A DNA stretch of 64,000 bases, taken from assembly GCA_049642725.1 (NCBI GenBank), contig JBARPC010000004.1, forward strand, positions 27,052 to 91,051. Reading direction: 5' to 3'. This DNA is from Minisyncoccales bacterium (lineage in GTDB: Bacteria > Patescibacteriota > Minisyncoccia > Minisyncoccales > JAGMDC01). How positions within the stretch are numbered: position 1 is the stretch's first letter; every line of letters begins with the position of its first letter. Below the pieces are notes generated by a model that was not told where the DNA came from, made no database searches, and saw only the letters and a list, made by a program, of their open reading frames with translations. This document shows, piece after piece, positions 1-8,600 of this stretch. The position numbers and the translations under genes were made by a program.

Positions 1-1015
1 AATCCTTTTTTTTATTGCGTTTAAGAAAATAGGGCTTGAAAATATAGTTTCTGCTCTTTCCAATATTTCAACAATACAGTTTTTTCTTGTCTTTGGGATT
101 ATTATTTTTAGTTTTTTAGTTGGAACTCTACGGCTAAAAACAATATTAAAAACACAGTTATCTGAAAAGATTTCCTTTTTAGATGTTTTAATAGCCAGAA
201 CAATAGGTTTTTCTATAAATTACCTTACGCCAATTGTTTTTGCCGGAGGACAACCCTTAAAGGCATATGTGCTAAAAACAAGAACAAAGGCATCTCTGCA
301 CAAGATAGTTGTTTCCATTATTATATCAGAAGCTATTTTTTTAAGCATATTGTTTTTCTTTGTAATTTTAGGAGCCTTCTTCTTGTTTTTTTCTTTTAAT
401 CTTCCCTGTTTTTTAGAAAATCTAATTTTAGGAATAACATTTTTTTGTTTTATTATATTCTGCCTTTTTTATTACAGAATAATTAAAAAATCCCCGGATA
501 AAAGAGGTTTTTTTACTTTTTTTATTGAGATTCTGCATCTGGATAAAATTGATTTAATTAATAATGCAAAAACGCAAATTGCTGACGTTGAAAAAGAGAT
601 TTTCTATTTTTTTAAACATCAGAAATCCAAATTAGCATTGGTTTCCTTGTTTACAATTATAGAGATTATTCTTTTATTTTTAACTTACTGGCTGATAATA
701 TCATTTTTGGGTGATAAACTAAGTATTGGAGAAATAATTTCAATAAATGCTTTAATAAATTTAGTTTATTTTATTCCTATCCCTGCTGCATTGGGAAGCT
801 TTGAGTGGAGCCAGGCATTAATTTTTAATGTTTTCGGAATGAACTTCAATACAGGAATTGCCTTTAGCTTAATAGTGAGAGTTCTTAATTTAATCTTGGC
901 AGGATTGGGAATTTTTTTACTAATTCACTTTGAAATAAAAACTTTAACTAAAAGGGCGGGAACAACTCTTCAAAAACTATTGAGATTCAACGTCAATAGT
1001 GATAAAATACTATAA
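1..1015 (+). CDS. Polytopic membrane protein, flippase-like / LPG-synthase TM domain (UPF0104)-like; 5' end lies upstream of the window
   Basis: Frame is open from position 2 with no stop before the first Met at 269. Multiple hydrophobic TM segments. Family assignment is from composition and motifs only. Confidence 0.5.
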   Translation, partial: ILFFIAFKKIGLENIVSALSNISTIQFFLVFGIIIFSFLVGTLRLKTILKTQLSEKISFLDVLIARTIGFSINYLTPIVFAGGQPLKAYVLKTRTKASLHKIVVSIIISEAIFLSILFFFVILGAFFLFFSFNLPCFLENLILGITFFCFIIFCLFYYRIIKKSPDKRGFFTFFIEILHLDKIDLINNAKTQIADVEKEIFYFFKHQKSKLALVSLFTIIEIILLFLTYWLIISFLGDKLSIGEIISINALINLVYFIPIPAALGSFEWSQALIFNVFGMNFNTGIAFSLIVRVLNLILAGLGIFLLIHFEIKTLTKRAGTTLQKLLRFNVNSDKIL

Positions 1016-1017
1016 TT

Positions 1018-2232
1018 ATGAGTTTAATGAAATTAAAACTTAAAAAAACAATAATTCTTTTTATTCTATTTCTGTTGCTTGCTGCTTTTGTTAGTTTTGA
1101 AGTTGGCTTTCTTTTTGGTGAAATAGAAGGAAAGAAAAAAGTTTCTCCTTCTGATGAATTGAATTTTTCTCTATTTTGGGAGGTTTATAATACTTTGAAA
1201 GAAAAATATGTGAATCCGGAAGATTTTGACCATGAAGAAATAATTTACGGAGCCATTTCAGGCATGGTGGAAAGCTTAGGAGATCCTTATACGGTTTTTT
1301 TTAATCCTGAAGAAGCAAAGATATTTGAAGAAGATGTTAAAGGAATATTTGAAGGTGTGGGTATGGAAATCGGAATAAGAAAAGAAGGATTAACCGTTAT
1401 TGCGCCTTTAGAAGGAACTCCTGCCCAGAAAGCCGGATTAAGACCGGGCGATAAGATTATAAAAATAGATGATATTTCTACTGTTGATATAGCCATAGAT
1501 GAGGCAGTAAAACTTATTAGGGGGCAAAAAGGAACAGAGGTTTCTCTTACTATTTATAGGGAGGATTGGGGAGAAACAAAAGAAATCAAAATCGTAAGAG
1601 GTATTATAGAGATACCGTCTTTGTCTTGGGAATTAATATCTTCCAGCAAGGAAAGGCAAGATGATATTGCTTATATTAAACTTTATCAGTTTTCTGAAAA
1701 AGCTAGTTATGATTTTAAAACAGCTTCCAGAGAAATTTTAGATTCATCTGCTGAAAGAATTATTTTGGACTTAAGAAATAATCCAGGCGGTTATTTAACC
1801 GTAGCCCAGGATATTACTGGATGGTTTTTAGAAAAAGGACAAATTGTAACTATTGAAGATTTTGGCGAAGAAAAAGAGCAAAAACTATATAAAGCAAAGG
1901 GCCCGGAGAAATTTTTATCATATCCAATAGTAGTTTTAATTAATGAGGGTTCAGCTTCTGGTTCTGAAATTTTGGCTGGCGCTTTGAGAGATAATAGGGG
2001 AATAAAGTTAATTGGAGAAAAGTCATTTGGAAAAGGAACTGTTCAAGAATTAGAATACTTGAGTGAAGGGAGTTTAAAGATTACTATAGCTAATTGGCTT
2101 ACTCCTAAAGGCGAGGTTTTAACTGATAGAGGGTTAGAGCCAGATATAAAAGTAGAAATGACATTAGAGGATTATGAACAAGGGAAAGACCCGCAATTAG
2201 AAAAAGCAGTTGAAATTTTAAAAGAAATGTAG
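1018..2232 (+). CDS. ctpA: Carboxyl-terminal processing protease (peptidase S41, PDZ domain)
   Basis: PDZ-like segment GLRPGDKIIKIDD, S41 tail-specific protease motifs LDLRNNPGGYL and GSASGSEILAGAL, N-terminal signal/TM segment. Confidence 0.85.
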   Translation: MSLMKLKLKKTIILFILFLLLAAFVSFEVGFLFGEIEGKKKVSPSDELNFSLFWEVYNTLKEKYVNPEDFDHEEIIYGAISGMVESLGDPYTVFFNPEEAKIFEEDVKGIFEGVGMEIGIRKEGLTVIAPLEGTPAQKAGLRPGDKIIKIDDISTVDIAIDEAVKLIRGQKGTEVSLTIYREDWGETKEIKIVRGIIEIPSLSWELISSSKERQDDIAYIKLYQFSEKASYDFKTASREILDSSAERIILDLRNNPGGYLTVAQDITGWFLEKGQIVTIEDFGEEKEQKLYKAKGPEKFLSYPIVVLINEGSASGSEILAGALRDNRGIKLIGEKSFGKGTVQELEYLSEGSLKITIANWLTPKGEVLTDRGLEPDIKVEMTLEDYEQGKDPQLEKAVEILKEM

Positions 2233-2280
2233 TACAATAATAAAAAATACCAGGAAACAGGATTTTTTGAATTCTCACGG

Positions 2281-2357
2281 ATTGCTCGGATTCCAAATTT
2301 TCCTCGCGCTTTACCCTAAAGGGCTCCGACGCGTCTCGGAAAATTCAGAATCCTCGC
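2281..2357. repeat. GC-rich structured intergenic element carrying two copies of a 22-nt repeat (cgGATTCCAAATTTTCCtcgcg / cgGAAAATTCAGAATCCtcgcc), with the central 16-mer inverted between the copies
   Basis: Read directly from the sequence. Sharp GC shift relative to the AT-rich flanks. Lies between ctp and rplI. Confidence 0.4.
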
Positions 2358-2399
2358 CATCCTAATTTAAAAAATCTATTTTTTTCGCTATTACTGATT

Positions 2400-2846
2400 A
2401 TGAAAATCATTCTTCTTCAAGATATAGATAAACTTGGGAAAAAGCATGATATTAAGGAGGTGGCAGATGGCTATGCCAGGAATTTTCTTATGCCTAAAGG
2501 ATTGGTTAAATTAGCAACAGAAAAAAATCTTAAGTGGTTAGCAGCCCAGAAAGAAACATTAGAAAAAAAATCAGAAGAAGACCTTAAAAATATTCAGGAT
2601 ATAGCTACAAAAATAGACGGATTAGAAATAACCATCCCGGTTAAAACTGGAAAAGAGAAACAGCTATTTGAATCAATAACTGTTCAAAAAATTTCTGATA
2701 AATTAAAAGAATTGGGTTTTGAAATTAAGAAAGCTCAAGTTGATTTAAAGGAACCGATTAAAGAAATTGGTGAGTATCCAGTTAAAATAAAACTTGAACA
2801 TAATTTAGAAGCAGAAGTTAGAATAATAGTTGTTGAAGAGAAGTAA
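2400..2846 (+). CDS. rplI: 50S ribosomal protein L9
   Basis: N-terminus MKIILLQDIDKLGKKHDIKEVADGYARNFLMPKGL matches the conserved L9 N-terminal domain; 148 aa. Confidence 0.9.
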   Translation: MKIILLQDIDKLGKKHDIKEVADGYARNFLMPKGLVKLATEKNLKWLAAQKETLEKKSEEDLKNIQDIATKIDGLEITIPVKTGKEKQLFESITVQKISDKLKELGFEIKKAQVDLKEPIKEIGEYPVKIKLEHNLEAEVRIIVVEEK

Positions 2847-2847
2847 T

Positions 2848-4467
2848 ATGCCAAAATTTATTTTTGTTGCTGGTGGTGTAATGTCTGGCATTGGCAAAGG
2901 AGTGGCTACCGCCTCAATAGGGAAAATATTACAGAGCAAAGGATTTAAAATAACAGCAGTCAAAATTGACCCTTATATTAATGTCGATGCCGGGACTATG
3001 AATCCCATTGAGCATGGAGAAGTTTTTGTTACCGATGATGGAGTAGAATGTGACCAAGATCTTGGAAATTATGAAAGATTTTTAGATGAAAGTTTATCAA
3101 CTATTAATTACATTACTACCGGCAGGGTATATCAGACAGTAATAAACAAAGAAAGAAATTTAGAATACAGAGGAAGATGCGTAGAGGTTGTTCCCGATAT
3201 TCCTAATGAGGCAATTGCCAGAATATTAAAATCAGCTAAGAAAAATAGAGCTGATTTTGTTTTAATTGAGATAGGCGGAACAGTAGGTGAATATCAGAAT
3301 ATGTTGTTTTTGGAAGCGGCCAGAATGATGAAGATTAAACATCCAGGAGATGTTCTTTTTATTTTGGTGAGTTATTTACCAGTTCCTAAAATGATTGGTG
3401 AAATGAAGACAAAACCAACTCAAAATGCGGTGAGAATGTTAAACGAAGCAGGAATTCAACCAGATATTATTTTAGGCCGTTCTTCCTTTCCTTTAGACAG
3501 ACCAAGAAAAAGGAAAATTTCTATTTTCTGCAATGTAGATATTAAAGATATTATTTCTGCTCCTGATATTAAATCCATTTATGAAGTTCCAATTAATTTT
3601 GAAAAAGAAAACTTAGGTAACCGAATTTTGAAAAAATTTGATTTGAATTCAAGAAAAAGTAATTTAGAAAAATGGGAGAAGTTAGTGAAGATAATAAAAA
3701 AGAAAAAAAAGCCTGTTAGAATTGGCATCGTAGGAAAATACTTTGAAACAGGAAAATTTACTTTAATGGATTCATATATTTCAGTAATTGAAGCAGTTAA
3801 ACACGCTGCCTGGTTTTATAAAAAGAAGCCAGAGATTTATTGGTTATCAGCAGGGAAATTTGAGAAGAATTCTAAATCGTTAAAAGAATTAAAAGATTAT
3901 GATGCTATAATTGTCCCTGGTGGTTTTGGCAATAGGGGAATAGAAGGAAAAATAAAAGCTATCCAATTTTGCCGAAAAGAGAAAATTCCTTTTTTGGGAC
4001 TTTGTCTGGGTATGCAGTTGGCTGTGATTGAATTTGCCAGAAATGTCTGCGGTTTAAAGAAAGCTAACTCCACTGAATTTTCTCCTAATTGCCGAATACC
4101 AGTAATTGATGTTATGCCGGAGCAAAAAGTTCTTTTAAGAGAAAAAAAATATGGTGGGACAATGCGATTAGGCGCTTATAAATGCGAGCTAAAAACAGGC
4201 ACTAAGAGTTGGAAGAGTTATGGTTGCATAAAGAATATATCTGAACGCCATAGGCACCGCTACGAGTTAAATAATGAGTTTAAGGGCGTTTTAGAAAGCA
4301 AGGGCATAATAATGGCTGGTATAAATCCAGAAAAGAATTTAGTGGAAATTATAGAATTAAAAAAACACCCTTTCTTTATCGGAGTGCAGTTTCATCCGGA
4401 ATTTAAATCAAGATTTTTAAATCCTCATCCATTATTCAAAAAATTTATCAAGGCGTCTCTACATTAA
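2848..4467 (+). CDS. pyrG: CTP synthase
   Basis: [19 protein letters not shown]-terminal synthetase motif. C-terminal glutamine amidotransferase domain with GLCLGMQ and HPEF. Start set at the Met just after the rplI stop. Confidence 0.95.
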   Translation: MPKFIFVAGGVMSGIGKGVATASIGKILQSKGFKITAVKIDPYINVDAGTMNPIEHGEVFVTDDGVECDQDLGNYERFLDESLSTINYITTGRVYQTVINKERNLEYRGRCVEVVPDIPNEAIARILKSAKKNRADFVLIEIGGTVGEYQNMLFLEAARMMKIKHPGDVLFILVSYLPVPKMIGEMKTKPTQNAVRMLNEAGIQPDIILGRSSFPLDRPRKRKISIFCNVDIKDIISAPDIKSIYEVPINFEKENLGNRILKKFDLNSRKSNLEKWEKLVKIIKKKKKPVRIGIVGKYFETGKFTLMDSYISVIEAVKHAAWFYKKKPEIYWLSAGKFEKNSKSLKELKDYDAIIVPGGFGNRGIEGKIKAIQFCRKEKIPFLGLCLGMQLAVIEFARNVCGLKKANSTEFSPNCRIPVIDVMPEQKVLLREKKYGGTMRLGAYKCELKTGTKSWKSYGCIKNISERHRHRYELNNEFKGVLESKGIIMAGINPEKNLVEIIELKKHPFFIGVQFHPEFKSRFLNPHPLFKKFIKASLH

Positions 4468-4726
4468 CTATTTTGACTATTCGCTGGCTTTTATCAAACT
4501 TTATTTTTCTTTTAGTAATAAATTTAATAATGCCTTGTTTAACAGCATAAAGAGTGTCATCATTGCCTCGTTTAACATTTGTTCCAGGAACAAACTTTGT
4601 TCCGCGCTGGCGAATAATAATACTACCTGGCTTTGCTTTTTGACCACTATAAAGTTTAACCCCTAAGTATTTGGGACTAGAATCTCTTCCTAACTTTGTT
4701 GCTCCTGTTGCTTTTGTTTTAGCCAT
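4448..4726 (-). CDS. rpmA: 50S ribosomal protein L27
   Basis: [51 protein letters not shown] matches the L27 consensus. Confidence 0.9.
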   Translation of the reverse strand: MAKTKATGATKLGRDSSPKYLGVKLYSGQKAKPGSIIIRQRGTKFVPGTNVKRGNDDTLYAVKQGIIKFITKRKIKFDKSQRIVKIVNVETP

Positions 4727-4733
4727 ATATTAT

Positions 4734-4913
4734 ATGTTAGCAAAAATAAAAAAATTTGTCAAACAAAATAAAGAAGATATAATACTCCTAATTGGTGTTA
4801 TTTTAATTTCCTTATTTTCTTTTGCTATGGGATATATTGTTGCTAATGAACAAGAAAAAGAACCAATTCAGTTTGAACAAACAAAAACTGATTTACCATA
4901 TAATAACTTATGA
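4734..4913 (+). CDS. Small hydrophobic protein (hypothetical)
   Basis: The ORF at 4671 overlaps the rpmA 5' end, so the internal Met at 4734 is the likelier start. One TM segment. Weak evidence. Confidence 0.3.
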   Translation: MLAKIKKFVKQNKEDIILLIGVILISLFSFAMGYIVANEQEKEPIQFEQTKTDLPYNNL

Positions 4914-5920
4914 AAATCGCTATTGTTGGAGCAGGTATTTCTGGATTATATTTGGGCTGGAAACTTTCTCAAAAAGGCCATAAAGTAAATATTTTTGAAA
5001 AAAGAAACAGAATCGGAAAAGAAGTTTGTTCGGGACTTTTTAGCCAGAGAATACTTGATTTTATTCCAGAAAGCAATAAATTAATCCGAAATGAAATAAA
5101 ACAAGTATTAGTCCATTTTCCAAGAAAAACCGTAAGATTGGTTTTTAAGCAAAGTTTTTTTGTAATGGATCATTACAAGATAGACAATATGGTTGCTAAA
5201 TTAGCTAAGGAAGCAGGCGCAGAGATTTTTTTAAATCATAGAATAGATGCTTTTCCTCAAGGATTTGACCCCCACACCAAACGAGGACAAAGTATCGAAG
5301 GCAGTAAAATTAACAAAGTTAGTCCTCGTTATAGTGTGGGGGTTGATAAAATAATTGGATGTGATGGACCTAATTCTTTTATTAGAAAAAAACTTAATCT
5401 TTCAGACCCGCAATTTTTTCTGTCTATCCAGGGATTTCTAAAACAAAAAGATAATTCTAATTGTGTAGAAACATGGGCAACTGATTCAGGTTTTATTTGG
5501 AAAATTCCCAGAGGAGAAACAATAGAATATGGAGTAATGGAGGATTTTAAAAAAGCAAACAAATATTTTGATAAGTTTTTGAGAAAAAATAAAATTTATC
5601 TAATAAGAAAAAAAGCAGGAATAATTCCGCAGACATTTAAGCCAATTATTCCTAAAAATTCTAAAACTACACTTTGCGGAGATGCTACCGGACTTACTAA
5701 GCCCTGGTCTGGCGGGGGAGTGGTATGGTCTTTAATATCAGCTGATATTCTCTTGAAAAATTTCCCAGATTTTATAAAATATAAAAAGGACGTTAATAGA
5801 TTTTTTCTTCCAAAAATCATTCTTTCAAAAACAATTAAAAAAATAGTTTATTTCTCTGGAAGAAAATTTCCTTGCTTTCTGCCGAAAGAAGTTAATATAG
5901 AAGGAGATTTTTTGTTTTAA
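4910..5920 (+). CDS. FAD-dependent oxidoreductase (geranylgeranyl reductase-like family)
   Basis: N-terminal Rossmann dinucleotide-binding motif MKIAIVGAGISGLYLGWKL...EKR. CGDATG motif near the C-terminus. Confidence 0.6.
   Translation: MKIAIVGAGISGLYLGWKLSQKGHKVNIFEKRNRIGKEVCSGLFSQRILDFIPESNKLIRNEIKQVLVHFPRKTVRLVFKQSFFVMDHYKIDNMVAKLAKEAGAEIFLNHRIDAFPQGFDPHTKRGQSIEGSKINKVSPRYSVGVDKIIGCDGPNSFIRKKLNLSDPQFFLSIQGFLKQKDNSNCVETWATDSGFIWKIPRGETIEYGVMEDFKKANKYFDKFLRKNKIYLIRKKAGIIPQTFKPIIPKNSKTTLCGDATGLTKPWSGGGVVWSLISADILLKNFPDFIKYKKDVNRFFLPKIILSKTIKKIVYFSGRKFPCFLPKEVNIEGDFLF
5269..5342. repeat. GC-rich inverted repeat (CCCCCACACCAAACGAGGAC ... GTCCTCGTTATAGTGTGGGGG) kept in-frame inside the oxidoreductase CDS
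   Basis: Arms of about 20 nt with a 33-nt loop, read directly. Encodes the DPHTKRGQSIEGSKINKVSPRYSVGV segment. Composition is atypical for the gene. Confidence 0.5.
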
Positions 5921-5932
5921 TTATTTAATTAA

Positions 5933-6607
5933 ATGAAGAACAAAACGCCTTATCATTTAGGAATTATTTTAGACGGCAACAGAAGATGGGCAAAAGAGAA
6001 GAATTTGCCTGTTTTTGAGGGTCATAAAAAGGGCAGAGAAGTAGTAAAAAAAATTATAAAGGCCTGTAAAAACAAAGGAATAAAAATTCTAACTTTGTTT
6101 GTTTTTTCCACTGAGAACTGGAAAAGGCCCAAAAAAGAAATCAATTATTTAATGGAACTGATTAAAGGCGTTATTCTTCTTAAAGAACTTGACAAACAAG
6201 GAATTAGGGTTGTAATAATCGGTCAGAAAGATAGATTATCTCAAGATGTCCAAAAGGTGATAAAAGATATTGAAAATAGGACTAAAAATAATAAGGCAAT
6301 GATTTTGAATATTGCTTTAAGCTATGGCGGCAGAGTTGAAATCGTTGAGGCAATAAAAAATATAATTAAAAAGAAAATTCCAGTTAAAAAAATAACCGAA
6401 GATGTTATTTCTAAAAATCTTTGGGCATCTGAGCTTGATTTGATTATCAGGACTGGCAAAGAAAAAAGAATTTCAAATTTTTTAATTTGGCAGGCAGCCT
6501 ATTCCGAGCTTTATTTTTGCGAGAAATTCTGGCCTGATTTTACTGAAAATGACTTAGACAAGGCACTTGACGAATATTGTCTTCACAAACGCCGCTTCGG
6601 AAAGTAA
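5933..6607 (+). CDS. uppS: Undecaprenyl diphosphate synthase (cis-prenyltransferase)
   Basis: GIILDGNRRWAKEKNLP, LTLFVFSTENWKRP and RTGKEKRISNFLIWQAAYSELYF UppS signature motifs. Confidence 0.9.
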   Translation: MKNKTPYHLGIILDGNRRWAKEKNLPVFEGHKKGREVVKKIIKACKNKGIKILTLFVFSTENWKRPKKEINYLMELIKGVILLKELDKQGIRVVIIGQKDRLSQDVQKVIKDIENRTKNNKAMILNIALSYGGRVEIVEAIKNIIKKKIPVKKITEDVISKNLWASELDLIIRTGKEKRISNFLIWQAAYSELYFCEKFWPDFTENDLDKALDEYCLHKRRFGK

Positions 6608-6614
6608 AGGGGAT

Positions 6615-7553
6615 TTAAATACCATGATATTTTTGGTGTATTTCTCTTAGGTGAGGCTTGGTGACATGGGTATATACTTGAGTGGTAACTATATTTCTGT
6701 GGCCTAAAAATTCTTGAATAACCCTTAAATCAACGCCTTTCATAAGTAAATCTGTTGCAAAACTATGTCTAAGAGTGTGGCAAGAAGTGGTTATAGGAAG
6801 TCCGGCTATAACAGCATATTTTTTAACTGTACGTTCCATACTTCTTACATTTAAACGAGTTCCAGGTTTTTTTCCTCTATAGTTTATAAACAAAGCTTTT
6901 TCTTTATCGCTACGACTATATAGATATTTTTTTAGCCAATTTATAGTCCTTTCTGATAAATAAACAGTTCTAGGATGGCCCCCTTTGCCCATAATACTAA
7001 TTTCTAATTCTTTAGTATCAGGTTTTATTTTAATTTGGTCTCGATTAAGATTTACTAATTCTGCTACCCTTAAACCAGTTGAAAAAAAAGTTTCTAAGAT
7101 GGTCTTATCTCTTAGACCTCTTATATTGGAGTTTTTTGGCGCGTCTAAAAGCCTTTTAACTTGCTCTAAGGTTAGGAAATTTACAGTTCTTTCTTCTTTT
7201 TCTTTAGGTAGTTTTATCTTTTCTGGCGGAAGAGATAAGATATCTTTTTCAGTAAAATAATTCAAAAGTGATCTTAAGGCAATTAAATAATAATTTTGGG
7301 TTGAACGTTTTAAGGGTTTTTTATCCTTCTGAAGATATTGCCTAGAAAGAAATAGTCTGTATTTCCAAATATGGTCTGTTGTTAGTTCGTAGGGTTTTAT
7401 ATTTTCTATCTTATTTATCTTTAGAAAATCAAAAAACTTTTTTAAAAATCTTGAATAATTTTCTTGACTTTTATTAGCTAAACCTTTTTCAAGCTCTAAC
7501 CAGTCCAAATAATCAGAGAGGAGGTCTTTAATTGGTTTGTTTATTTTATCCAT
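6615..7553 (-). CDS. Tyrosine recombinase XerC/XerD family
   Basis: C-terminal catalytic region HTLRHSFATDLLMKGVDLRVIQEFLGHRNIVTTQVYTHV carries the R..H..R..Y pattern. N-terminal SAM-like domain present. Confidence 0.8.
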   Translation of the reverse strand: MDKINKPIKDLLSDYLDWLELEKGLANKSQENYSRFLKKFFDFLKINKIENIKPYELTTDHIWKYRLFLSRQYLQKDKKPLKRSTQNYYLIALRSLLNYFTEKDILSLPPEKIKLPKEKEERTVNFLTLEQVKRLLDAPKNSNIRGLRDKTILETFFSTGLRVAELVNLNRDQIKIKPDTKELEISIMGKGGHPRTVYLSERTINWLKKYLYSRSDKEKALFINYRGKKPGTRLNVRSMERTVKKYAVIAGLPITTSCHTLRHSFATDLLMKGVDLRVIQEFLGHRNIVTTQVYTHVTKPHLREIHQKYHGI

Positions 7554-7671
7554 ATATAATAGCTATTAAGATACATTATACGACACGATATATATCAATA
7601 ATATAACAGCCAAATGACTGTGTCAAGCCCTCCCCCTGTGGATATTTATAGCTTAATTTACTTATTTCTTA

Positions 7672-8190
7672 TTAGCTACTTAAAAAAAGATCTTTAAGTT
7701 TTTGCCACAAGCCCTTATTAGCTTCAGGAATTTCTTGTTTTAATTCTTGTTTTTCTTTTTCAAATTCTTGTTCAATAACAGGTTTTTTTTCAATGATTTT
7801 TTCATTTATGAAACTCTTGATCCAATTCAGTATATTTTGGATCCAGGGCTTGATAGTGTCATACCAGATGTCTGAAAGCCAATTTATTGCTTCATTCCAC
7901 CAGGATTTGATTGTTGGCAAAATATTCTTAAACCAAGGCAAAACTGAAGATTTCCACCAATTAGATGCTTTTTGCCCCATTTTTTGCCAAAAAGGCAGAA
8001 CCTTATTTTGCCAGATGTTTTTCATAGCATTGGGCAGGGGTTTAATCAAACTAATTATAAAATCCTTTGCTTCTGTAAAAGTACTCGGAGCTTCAACTGT
8101 TGTTTGAGCAAAACAAAAATTAGGCAAAATTAAACCGACTATTGACAGAATTATTAAAATTTTGTATAATGATTTATATCTAAAAAGCAT
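7672..8190 (-). CDS. Secreted Trp-rich protein (hypothetical)
   Basis: N-terminal signal peptide MLFRYKSLYKILIILSIVGLILPNFCFA. Many W residues in a repeating PW/WW context. Confidence 0.5.
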   Translation of the reverse strand: MLFRYKSLYKILIILSIVGLILPNFCFAQTTVEAPSTFTEAKDFIISLIKPLPNAMKNIWQNKVLPFWQKMGQKASNWWKSSVLPWFKNILPTIKSWWNEAINWLSDIWYDTIKPWIQNILNWIKSFINEKIIEKKPVIEQEFEKEKQELKQEIPEANKGLWQKLKDLFLSS

Positions 8191-8218
8191 AAATGTTTTT
8201 TAGGAGGTGTGGAAAAAA

Positions 8219-8503
8219 ATGGAAACACAGGAGAGGTATGGTATGAGCGAAATAGAAGTAATGCAGATAAGAGACCTTTTCCGACATATGAGAATATCAA
8301 GGAACCCAGCATGCGGAGAGATTGTATCAAAGATGGAAACATTTGTCTTACAGAGAGATGTCGGAATTCCTCAGGGAATGAGCGATGAGGGAATTATGGA
8401 AATGTTAATACATATCTCGGATTGCCCCGACTGCTCTGTGGAGCGAGATAGAACTTACAAACTGCTGCCGTCGAATGTTTCGGTTTTAAAACCGAAATTT
8501 TAA
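8219..8503 (+). CDS. Small Cys-containing protein with an H-x3-C-x2-C motif (zf-HC2 anti-sigma-like?), GC-shifted
   Basis: Extended -10 TGTATAAT (8163-8170), strong SD AGGAGGTG (8202-8209) 9 nt before the ATG at 8219, terminator hairpin downstream. HISDCPDC motif. About 42% GC against about 30% in the neighbours. Confidence 0.5.
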   Translation: METQERYGMSEIEVMQIRDLFRHMRISRNPACGEIVSKMETFVLQRDVGIPQGMSDEGIMEMLIHISDCPDCSVERDRTYKLLPSNVSVLKPKF

Positions 8504-8520
8504 AAAACAGATAAGGTTTA

Positions 8521-8552
8521 GAGGACACCTTTTTTAAGTCCTCTCTTTTTTT
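8521..8552 (+). terminator. Rho-independent terminator hairpin (GAGGAC-loop-GTCCTC followed by a T-run)
   Basis: Seen in sequence directly downstream of the 8219-8503 gene. Confidence 0.6.
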
Positions 8553-8567
8553 TATTCTTAAACTTTA

Positions 8568-8600
8568 GGAGAACAGTTCTCCTTAGGAGAACTGTTCTCT
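8568..8600. repeat. REP-like double palindrome (GGAGAACAGTTCTCC-tta-GGAGAACTGTTCTC) overlapping the gltX stop
   Basis: Two tandem 14-15 nt perfect palindromes with core GAGAACWGTTCTC. The second copy encodes the last gltX residues (REQFS) and the stop. Confidence 0.7.

Noticed and set aside
1287-1496. Short antisense ORFs inside ctp and other long genes (for example 5329-5562, 5596-5820, 6985-7260, 7793-8107, 9232-9429, 11880-12062, 14286-15194, 16655-17083, 18777-19287, 25782-26300, 34035-35503, 36932-37189, 40265-40707, 44817-45149, 55101-56024, 56722-58219, 60750-61070, 62597-63775)
   Set aside because: All lie antisense within stronger, motif-bearing CDSs and have biased low-complexity sequence typical of AT-rich antisense frames.
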